This document shows positions 30,323-38,213 of a DNA stretch of 64,000 nt, one piece after another. Position 1 is the first letter of the stretch; each line of letters opens with the position of its first letter. The notes under the pieces are model-generated. The model had not been told where the DNA came from. It was given only the letters and a program-made list of their open reading frames with translations, and searched no databases. Both the position numbers and the translations under genes were made by a program. Source of the DNA: Candidatus Latescibacterota bacterium. Lineage in GTDB: Bacteria; Latescibacterota; UBA2968. The stretch is from contig OZ242320.1 of assembly GCA_965208125.1 (NCBI GenBank), forward strand, positions 928,001 to 992,000, read 5' to 3'.

Positions 30323-31093
30323 TCATATTTCCGCGCGTTTTTCATATACCACAAGCCCAATAATCATAAAGATGACACCCATCAGAATGGTATAGACGAA
30401 AGGTGCCAAATCAATTGGAGGAAGATGATCGAACACTGAAATTTCTCCTAAAAAGTCCAATGCCTGCTCGCCCTGTCGGAAAAGACGACCATATACAAAT
30501 ACGGCAAAAATAAAAAAAACAACCGCTGTCAATCCCCGATATCGCTTAACCGCGAACTTCACCCCCTCCATACCAGTCACAAGACCGAGAATGAAAACCA
30601 TATACGTCACGAGCACCAAAGCAGCCAGAAAAAACAAGCTAAGAGCATAGGTCCTTATCGCGACCTCTGGTTCTCCAATGGACATCATTGCTGCGTCCGA
30701 GGACGTAGCCTCACGTACTATCCATAAAAACAGACCGATAGTCACAATTATGCCGCCTACAATGCCCTTACTCGCAATCGCGGCAACTTTTGCCATAATC
30801 ACCGTGTATTGTGATACCGGTAGCGCGAACATTTGATAATGCGTTTCTGATCGCCACTCGGCATTAAAGGCGTGCGCCAGCAAAAAGGGCAGACTGAGAA
30901 CGAGAGTAAAAGCAGCTATAATTGGCCAAGGAAGATCAATATTAACGAAGCGTTTGCCGATCTCAAAATCCAAGTTATCTCCTGCTCTAATCAGCCCATA
31001 AGCACTCATCCCTACAATCAAAAGAAGCAAAAACAGAAAAAGTGCTCTATTCGCTTTGAGTTCCTTTACATACAGGGCAAAAAATGGTTTCAT
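30323..31093 (-). CDS. ABC-2-type permease, paralog 4
   Basis: Conserved blocks; AAGGAG RBS. Confidence 0.75.
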   Translation of the reverse strand: MKPFFALYVKELKANRALFLFLLLLIVGMSAYGLIRAGDNLDFEIGKRFVNIDLPWPIIAAFTLVLSLPFLLAHAFNAEWRSETHYQMFALPVSQYTVIMAKVAAIASKGIVGGIIVTIGLFLWIVREATSSDAAMMSIGEPEVAIRTYALSLFFLAALVLVTYMVFILGLVTGMEGVKFAVKRYRGLTAVVFFIFAVFVYGRLFRQGEQALDFLGEISVFDHLPPIDLAPFVYTILMGVIFMIIGLVVYEKRAEI

Positions 31094-31117
31094 GTCGTAC
31101 TCCTTTGGAACTGGTGA

Positions 31118-31282
31118 GGCGTTAAAGCCACCCACGACGGAAGAAACACGGTTACCCCATTCGCCAGCCGCACGGGCTTCGGATTACCCGAACTACCGTA
31201 GGACTTCTCGCCCATCAGCGTGCATTGCAGCGCTTGCTTCATCATCAACAAAAACGCCTCGCAACTGCTCATATTCACCGTT
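31118..31282 (-). pseudogene. Fragment of a further S41 peptidase gene
   Basis: NMSSCEAFLLMMKQA.QCTLMGEKSYG.SGNPKP..LANGVTVFLPSWVALTP nearly matches 33309-33471. Confidence 0.8.
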
Positions 31283-31650
31283 GAGGTAAGGTGTTATCTC
31301 TCGTAAGTGCTGTAAATACTGGTCAATACGGTTTTCGTCACCATCACCATCATCATCACCTTATTGGCTGTTTTCAGTCTTCCGGATGGGTGCGGTTTGT
31401 CGAACCGAAAGCGGATAGGCTGTGTTTTCTTCCACATCAACCAGTGCCACCCCACAGATTTCTAAGCCCTTTTCTGTTTTGCTATGGCAGCCATTGAAAA
31501 AGTAGTCTAAGCCATAAGTCTTGTTCCCGGATTTGGGGATAAAAGAGGCATCTAAGGCCAGGATACGTGCAGATGCTTGATCTTGGTCTTGATCTTGGTC
31601 TTGATCTATACAGTCATTGATGATGGCGCGATTTTTAAAAAAATGTCCGA
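31283..31650 (-). mobile_element. Degraded DDE transposase fragment (IS701/IS4-like)
   Basis: Minus-strand translation gives ILALDASFIPKSGNKTYGLDYFFNGCHSKTEKGLEI, a frameshift, VALVDVEENTAYPLSVRQT, a stop, then ENRIDQYLQHL. Confidence 0.7.
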
Positions 31651-31737
31651 AGTATTGCCTGAAAAGAGGCTGATTTGCGCGATTTTTGTCACGATATGTC
31701 TCATTTTGATTTCTCCTTTCGTCCAGGGGCCTCTACA

Positions 31738-32946
31738 TCAATCACTGGCATCATTCACAACCAAAAACTCTATCTCTCGCTGTTCTTTCCGAATTTGTAG
31801 CCCGAGTTGTTCTTTCAGAGCCGCGAGCACGGAATTGGGATCGTCTTTGTCATAGGTGATTTCCCAGTCGTATTTTCCCTCTATTCCAGTGCCATCCTCT
31901 ACGACACGTTCTAAAGCATGTTCCAATGACTGCGCCAGCCTGCTGATTTCACCGTTCATTGTCTTTATCTTGCCACGTCCACTTCTTGTCATAGATCCCC
32001 CTGAACCCATTACTGAGGGCTTCAACTTTTCTGCGCTGTCTTCTCCAGCCGTGAGTACGAAAACTTCAACAGATTTCTTCTGGTTGGAAACGCGCAACTG
32101 TAACGATGCTGTCAACGCTTGTTGAAATAGCAATTCGAACTGATTGGTCGGCAGTCTGACTGAAATCTCGTACCGCGACTCTAAAAGTGCTTTTGGACCT
32201 ATAATCCGCGTTGTGGGAACACCATAAGCCATGCTCAAAATCTGGTGCAATGTATTGCTCTCTGCTTCCCGTTGTTTGTATCCTTTTGAAATTTTGCTTG
32301 AACTACGGCCACCTTCTTTTTCTGTAGGTGCAATCGAGATTTTGAAGATGGGATCGGTGCCTTCGTTTTCGACAGTTTTCGGTTTTGGCAATTTGGGACG
32401 CTCTATTTTTTCTCCCTTGCTGACTTTTTTGATCATGTCAGATGATAGCCCCACTGGGTGAAGCGATGTGGCGATGATGCCTTTTGGGTCGATCAAAAAT
32501 GTCCGTGGGATTCCCCTGACACCATAAGCTTCGAAAGCCGACCGATCCGTGTCCAGTCCAATCCACGATTTCATTTCTTGTCGTTTCAGAAATGGCGCAA
32601 TTACGTCTTCATCTTCATCTGTTATTGAGATAAACTGCACTTGCTTATCGTGAAATTCCTCGCTTAACTGGTTCAGATGCGGAATTTCTGCCACACAGGG
32701 AGCGCACCATGTTGCCCAAAATTCCAGGACGACAACCTTGCCCTTTAATGCGGATAAGCTCTTTTCTCCTTCTGGTGCTTGCAGGTATTTTTCAATGTCC
32801 AATTCTGGCGCAGTCTGTCCAATCAGGCTCTGCTCTCCCATAACCAACACTTCTTTGGCCTTCTCAACGGTGCTTTCCTGCGCTATGACACTTGTAGCAA
32901 ATATCTGAACAATGATTGCGATTTTTAGTAGATGAGCGTTATACAT
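31738..32946 (-). CDS. Secreted TlpA-like redoxin fused to a TIGR03435-like domain
   Basis: EFWATWCAPC; C-terminal VEDGTGIEGKYD...ALKEQLGL...EFLVV. Confidence 0.8.
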   Translation of the reverse strand: MYNAHLLKIAIIVQIFATSVIAQESTVEKAKEVLVMGEQSLIGQTAPELDIEKYLQAPEGEKSLSALKGKVVVLEFWATWCAPCVAEIPHLNQLSEEFHDKQVQFISITDEDEDVIAPFLKRQEMKSWIGLDTDRSAFEAYGVRGIPRTFLIDPKGIIATSLHPVGLSSDMIKKVSKGEKIERPKLPKPKTVENEGTDPIFKISIAPTEKEGGRSSSKISKGYKQREAESNTLHQILSMAYGVPTTRIIGPKALLESRYEISVRLPTNQFELLFQQALTASLQLRVSNQKKSVEVFVLTAGEDSAEKLKPSVMGSGGSMTRSGRGKIKTMNGEISRLAQSLEHALERVVEDGTGIEGKYDWEITYDKDDPNSVLAALKEQLGLQIRKEQREIEFLVVNDASD

Positions 32947-33181
32947 TGAGATTTCTCCTTTTAATATGGCTGGTTTACAGGTACGCGCTTGACGGGCAAA
33001 TTTTGCAGTGCGCGGTTGAGCAGGTCCCGAAAACGCTTTGTTCGTGAGCCAGCGCGTCTGGGGGAGATGTTGTGTCTGCTATGGGGCTTAAAAAAAGGTG
33101 AGAAGTGAAACGTAAGACGTTAAAGTCACCCCTTCTTACGTCTTATATCTTAAAACGGGCGAGGCATGCCTCGCCCCCATC

Positions 33182-34561
33182 TTACTTCTCACCGCCTTTC
33201 AACAATTCAAGGGCTGCGTTGATCAACGGGTCATGATCCCCTGGCTCGTCGGGAAATTCGACGTGAACATCGGGTGATATACCCTTACCCTCAAACGGCT
33301 CTCCATCGGGCGTCAAAGCTACCCAAGAAGGAAGAAACACAGTCACCCCATTCGCCAGGAAAATGGGCTTTGGATTGCCCGAACAACCGTAGGACTTCTC
33401 GCCCATCAGCGTGCATTGCGGTGCCTGCTTCATCATCAACAAAAACGCCTCGCAACTGCTCATATTGACCGGTCCTATCAAAATGACCGTGCGTCCTCGA
33501 AACCCGGGCCGAATCGGCTCCAGCGTTCGCTTCTTGATCCTGGAAAAACCAGAAGGACTGGAGGTGTCGCGATTGAGATGGCCGGCATATACCACAGACC
33601 GCTCGACAAATCGACCGGCGATCTTTTTCGCCAACCGCTCGTCTCCCCCGCTGTTGAATCGAATATCCAGAATCAGGGTATCATCGGGCGACAGTTCGTC
33701 GATCCATTTTGCGGCGGCTTCGATATCCCGGGCAGCCTTTGGTGACCAACTTCCAATCATCAGATACGCCGGTCCCTCCGGAAACCTCCCGGTAGCCACC
33801 ACACGATTGACGAATTGAAACTGAGGTACTGTTTGTTTCAGCAACTCTCGATCCACGTTGGGGCGAACACTGCGCTGAAAACCAGCTAATCGATCACCAT
33901 CCACATTGACCTTGATATGAGCGTCGCGGGCGACCTTTAGGAGTTGTCCAGCAAGAATGGCAAACCGGCCGGACGTCTTCGCATCGATCAACTGCGCCTC
34001 GAACTCGGCAAACCTGGCATCCCAATCCACACCCCGCAGATCGCGATAGGAATACTTCTCCTCAATGGCCGACCTCAACTGCTCCAACGATTTCCGATTC
34101 TTTTCTGGATCCGGGGGTTTCACATCGCCTGATAGAGCAGTCCAGAAAAAGAGAGGGTAGGGAACTGCGGGAAGCCCGTTGGTTCCTCGAAAACCCTGAT
34201 AGAGTTCCGAGTTAATACCCAGACTGTATTCACGGCCCGGTTTGAGTTTCACAGGAAGAACAATAGTCGTCTCAGAAATCCACCGGGGCTTTCCGGCAAC
34301 CCCTGGGAACATAGATTTGCTCCCCACAGTCGTAAACGACATGCCGCGCCCCATGGGCTGGTCAAAGGTGACGCGCAATTCCGTAGTAGTAGCATCCACC
34401 GACTGCGCGCCATTCTCCGGCACAGTCCGCACCACACGAGGCGGTTCCTCAGCACCTGCGGTCACACATCCGATAAACAAACAGAAGCCCAACAGTGTTC
34501 GACGCGCTGTTGCGAATATCCCGAAACCAGAGCGGCAGGACTTAAAATATTGAGATGTCAT
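33182..34561 (-). CDS. Secreted Ig-like-domain + S41 peptidase
   Basis: PPRVVRTVPENGA..V..TFDQPM (Ig-like), DIRFNSGG, NMSSCE, GISPD; GGAGG RBS before ATG 34561. Confidence 0.85.
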   Translation of the reverse strand: MTSQYFKSCRSGFGIFATARRTLLGFCLFIGCVTAGAEEPPRVVRTVPENGAQSVDATTTELRVTFDQPMGRGMSFTTVGSKSMFPGVAGKPRWISETTIVLPVKLKPGREYSLGINSELYQGFRGTNGLPAVPYPLFFWTALSGDVKPPDPEKNRKSLEQLRSAIEEKYSYRDLRGVDWDARFAEFEAQLIDAKTSGRFAILAGQLLKVARDAHIKVNVDGDRLAGFQRSVRPNVDRELLKQTVPQFQFVNRVVATGRFPEGPAYLMIGSWSPKAARDIEAAAKWIDELSPDDTLILDIRFNSGGDERLAKKIAGRFVERSVVYAGHLNRDTSSPSGFSRIKKRTLEPIRPGFRGRTVILIGPVNMSSCEAFLLMMKQAPQCTLMGEKSYGCSGNPKPIFLANGVTVFLPSWVALTPDGEPFEGKGISPDVHVEFPDEPGDHDPLINAALELLKGGEK

Positions 34562-34598
34562 TTGACCCTCCAATCGAATGAAAAATCATCAGTGTCTT

Positions 34599-34641
34599 AG
34601 TGTTCTACCTAAATAATACACTCAAACAATTCTCCTGTCAA
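34599..34641 (-). promoter_or_regulatory. Sigma70 promoter overlapped by a YtrA-type operator
   Basis: Minus strand TTGACA-17nt-TATTAT; inverted repeat AGTGTTCTA-cctaaa-TAATACACT at 34599-34622 covers the -10. Confidence 0.75.
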
Positions 34642-34750
34642 GCAGAAAAATAAAAAAATCCTCAAAACCCGAAGGCTCTAAGGATTTAAACATCGATATA
34701 GTGTATCGTGCGAGAGAGTCGGGAAAAGGATTTTCCTCCTACTTCAACAT

Positions 34751-34783
34751 CTGGATCGCGGCTAAAACCATGCCGCGATGACA
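34751..34783. repeat. Palindromic dispersed repeat, copy 2
   Basis: ctggatcgcggctaaaaccatgccgcgatgaca. Confidence 0.8.
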
Positions 34784-34889
34784 CCTGGGAGCCTGCCCCG
34801 TAATGATTCTATACGGGAACCGTCCCCTACAACATCATAGCCTGCCCCTACATAGTTTAAGCAGGAGCCACTATGACAGCCAAATTATA

Positions 34890-36272
34890 TCATTGCCCCT
34901 GCCACATCCTGGCCCGGGTCATGAAAACTGAGTGATCCTGTCGCCACTCTCCATAGCCGATGCGCTGGTCATCCGTCAGATAATTGATCTTATCATCAAT
35001 ACAGGCAGCCAAATCCGCATCCTCTACAGAAAGCGTAAAACCGCCATACTCAACTGCAGCATCCAGCGCAGTCACCACAAACGCACCACCCGAAGCCTGA
35101 ACCGCATCGCGGTTGCCGATCTCTCCTCGCGCCAGGGCATCTACCCTACCAGACGCAAGCGCACCGAGTAATTCCTCTTCCCCCAGATAAACCACCTGCG
35201 GCATCGTATCTACAGCCGGGAAAATACGCTGCCTGCCCTCGAGGTTCGGCGACGCGCCAGCAGCAGTAATAAAATAATCTGCACTGCCATCGGCGACCAC
35301 CGTATCCATTTGCGTTGCAACGCGCACACCCGCCGCCAAAACCCCATCGGCATTGACCAGACCAGTCAACATCAGCAAACGCGCCTCCCCCGTCGTACTC
35401 GCCAGCACCCCCACGCGCACCTCGCTCGTCAAATCATCGTGGCTCGCCCAGCGCGCCCCATCTTCGGCACGCACCAGAAGCGACTGCCGAAACGCAATAT
35501 GTCCCGAAGTAAAAGTCACCACCTGATTGCCCATCTCACCGCGGGTTCGAGAATCCAGAATCGTAATACCACCGCCGACAACATCGTATTCCGCACCAGC
35601 CGACAGCAGCCAGATATTGGGCCATATATCAATACCCCGCCGGGAAAACGACAGCCCCGCACCATCCATCTCTTCCAGCGCCGTCAACAAATCCGCCTCA
35701 TACCCCACATGCGTATTAAATCCAGTGGAATTCGGATCGGGATCTGCACTGGAACTAACCGGCGCAAAAAAAGCGAAAAAACCGACATTGAGCACCCGAT
35801 CCGCGCAAGCCGACGACGGAGACATCCTCATCACACTCGCCCTCTCCCCAACGGGCAAATTGACCACCACCTCATCGCCAGCATTAATCGGAATACTCGA
35901 CCATACCCCAATCACGCGCCCATCCTGCGATACACGCGCCTGATAATAACCCGTCGTATCGCCCGCAATCTCCAACCTGGCCCGACCATCTTCATCCGTC
36001 ATCCCCGACCACGCGTAATCTGCCACCTGCCCTGCGATAGAACGCGCAAACTCTACCATAGCACCACTTATGGGCGCATCATCCTGTCGCACAGAAGCCA
36101 CCACCACAGCCTCCGACGCACTGTTTTCCACCGCCAACTTACTCAGCGGCTGCCCAACTTGCTCATCCACCTCCATCATCACGCGCTCGCCACCACAGTG
36201 CCACATCAGTCCTGCGACAAGGACCAGCACAACCACACCGCTAAACCCTCTCAACATAACACTCACCCTCAT
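34890..36272 (-). CDS. Putative lipoprotein: beta-sandwich N-domain + amino-acid-type solute-binding domain
   Basis: Hydrophobic leader ending in WHC; GYEADLL, DVVGGGITI..SR, VGVLASTTGE, GRVDAL. Start is uncertain (36272 or 36257). Confidence 0.6.
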   Translation of the reverse strand: MRVSVMLRGFSGVVVLVLVAGLMWHCGGERVMMEVDEQVGQPLSKLAVENSASEAVVVASVRQDDAPISGAMVEFARSIAGQVADYAWSGMTDEDGRARLEIAGDTTGYYQARVSQDGRVIGVWSSIPINAGDEVVVNLPVGERASVMRMSPSSACADRVLNVGFFAFFAPVSSSADPDPNSTGFNTHVGYEADLLTALEEMDGAGLSFSRRGIDIWPNIWLLSAGAEYDVVGGGITILDSRTRGEMGNQVVTFTSGHIAFRQSLLVRAEDGARWASHDDLTSEVRVGVLASTTGEARLLMLTGLVNADGVLAAGVRVATQMDTVVADGSADYFITAAGASPNLEGRQRIFPAVDTMPQVVYLGEEELLGALASGRVDALARGEIGNRDAVQASGGAFVVTALDAAVEYGGFTLSVEDADLAACIDDKINYLTDDQRIGYGEWRQDHSVFMTRARMWQGQ

Positions 36273-36342
36273 ATTAATAGTCTTCAGGCTATTGCATCGT
36301 GGCATAAGTCATACACCATACAGACAGGAACAGCAAAACCTT

Positions 36343-36424
36343 CTGGATTGCGGCTAAAACCATGCCGCAATGACAATCGCAAGTTAAATTGATATGACCA
36401 GTTTCTTTTGCCGAGAAGCAGTAG
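36343..36424. repeat. Palindromic dispersed repeat, copy 3
   Basis: ctggattgcggctaaaaccatgccgcaatgacaatcgcaag. Confidence 0.8.
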
Positions 36425-36449
36425 TCTCTTTTGCCGCGATGAACTACAC

Positions 36450-36647
36450 TTACTCATCTCTCTTGTGCTTCATCCTTTGATAGCGCGTCACCTGATTCTT
36501 ATTCTTCACAAACGCAACCACAACAAGCACCACAAATACACCAATAGCCAACAGACTTCCCACCTCTTTTTTTGGATGATCCATCCACCACGCCAGAGCA
36601 ATCACCGCCCCAACGGATATGCCAGCCATTACAATCTCGCGTATCAT
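36450..36647 (-). CDS. Small two-TM hypothetical protein
   Basis: AAGGAG RBS, two hydrophobic segments, basic tail. Confidence 0.5.
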   Translation of the reverse strand: MIREIVMAGISVGAVIALAWWMDHPKKEVGSLLAIGVFVVLVVVAFVKNKNQVTRYQRMKHKRDE

Positions 36648-36848
36648 TTGCTCGCTCCTTCAAAAATGTAATACCTTTCAAATACTCAACATCGCGCATC
36701 AATTCGCCGCATAAAAATACACCATCGACAAATTGCAGTCCACATAAAAAGACTGACATAGACAGGAACAAGTAACACTATCATTTATATAATTTTATGT
36801 GTATCTTAAAAACTCTTCTAACTTCACACTTCTAACTTCACACTTCAC

Positions 36849-38210
36849 ATGCTCTTAACCATCACAACCACATACAACCCCGCAACTGACGTGGGCTATC
36901 TGCTGCACAAACATCCCGGACGCGCGCAGACCTTTGACCTCTCGTTTGGTCGCGCACATGTATTTTATCCCGAAGCCACAGATGAAAAATGCACGGCTGC
37001 CCTGTTGCTCGACCTCGACACCATTGGCCTCAAACGCCGTCGCCAAAACACCTTTGCACTTCGCGATTACGTCACTGACCGACCCTATGTCGCCTCCTCG
37101 TTCACCAGCGTAGCCATCGCCCGCGTATTTGGCAGCGCGCTCAAAGGCCAGTGCGCCGACCGACCAGACCTCGTTACCCGGCCCATCCCCCTGCGTGCAG
37201 AAATCCACGTTCTCCCTTGTCGCGGAGGCGATCAACTGCTCAACGACCTGTTTCAACCATTGGGATATAAAGTCACAGCCAAACCGCACCGCCTCGACGA
37301 ACAATTCTCAGAATGGGGGCACAGCCCGTATTACACCGTCGCACTCGAAGCAAACATCCCGCTAAAAGACCTGCTCACCCATCTCTACGTCCTCATCCCC
37401 GTACTCGATGACGACAAACACTACTTCGTCAGCCAGTCAGAAATCGACACCCTGATGCGCCGCGGCGAAGGCTGGTTATCAGACCACCCCAAACGCGACC
37501 TCATCATAGACCGATACCTCAGACACCAGCGCATCCTCACCCAGGAAGCCTATCGCCTTATGGATGAACAACCCTTAGAGCGCAATATCAAAGACAACGA
37601 ACTCGTCGTCGAAAACAACCTCAGGCTGAACCAGCAACGGCACAATGCCGTACTCAAAGAACTCGAAATCAGCGGCGCACAACGCGTACTCGACCTCGGC
37701 TGCGGTGAAGGTCACTTCACACAAGTCTTGTCAGAACGCCCCCAATTTACCAAAATTCTCGGCATGGAAGTTTCACACTATGCCTTGAGCCGCGCCCAAA
37801 AACGTCTCGACCAGCCCATACAACGCAACCGCATCGAACTCATTCACGGATCGCTATTCTACCGCGACACGCGCCTCGACGGCTATGACGCCGCAGTGCT
37901 CCTGGAAGTTATTGAACACCTCGACCCATCGCGATTGCCCGTCTTCGAACGCGTCGTATTCGAATATGCCCATCCCAACACCGTCATCATCACCACCCCA
38001 AATGCCGACTTCAACACACTTTGGGAATCTCTCCCTGCCGGACAATTTCGCCATCCAGATCACCGCTTTGAATGGTCGCACAAACAATTTCAACACTGGA
38101 CACAAAGCATAGAAAAAAAATTCAACTACAGTACAACAATCAAACCCATCGGTCCCGTGGATCCCGAAGCAGGTCCACCAACGCAAATGGCCGTATTAAA
38201 CCAAAAATAA
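36849..38210 (+). CDS. hen1: 3' terminal RNA ribose 2'-O-methyltransferase Hen1
   Basis: MLLTITTT..PATD.GYLLHKHP, VLDLGCGEG, EVIEH, FRHPDHRFEW. Confidence 0.95.
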   Translation: MLLTITTTYNPATDVGYLLHKHPGRAQTFDLSFGRAHVFYPEATDEKCTAALLLDLDTIGLKRRRQNTFALRDYVTDRPYVASSFTSVAIARVFGSALKGQCADRPDLVTRPIPLRAEIHVLPCRGGDQLLNDLFQPLGYKVTAKPHRLDEQFSEWGHSPYYTVALEANIPLKDLLTHLYVLIPVLDDDKHYFVSQSEIDTLMRRGEGWLSDHPKRDLIIDRYLRHQRILTQEAYRLMDEQPLERNIKDNELVVENNLRLNQQRHNAVLKELEISGAQRVLDLGCGEGHFTQVLSERPQFTKILGMEVSHYALSRAQKRLDQPIQRNRIELIHGSLFYRDTRLDGYDAAVLLEVIEHLDPSRLPVFERVVFEYAHPNTVIITTPNADFNTLWESLPAGQFRHPDHRFEWSHKQFQHWTQSIEKKFNYSTTIKPIGPVDPEAGPPTQMAVLNQK

Positions 38211-38213
38211 ACC

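Noticed and set aside
24968-31093. Diversity-generating retroelement or shufflon behind the permease variation
   Set aside because: No reverse transcriptase, invertase or inverted sites in the window, and the differences are not adenine-specific.
31291-31497. ORF with a poly-His run
   Set aside because: It is the antisense of an Asp/Gly stretch in the transposase remnant.
31576-31607. Short tandem repeats as a CRISPR or contingency locus (also about 6853, 7473, 36815 and 46980)
   Set aside because: Only 2-4 units of 6-16 bp, no spacers and no cas genes; the first encodes DQDQ within the transposase fragment.
32990-33060. attC-like GCTCAAC-CGCGCACTGCA on the minus strand
   Set aside because: No complementary arm, and it reads as the tail of a gene remnant (FRDLLNRALQNLPV).
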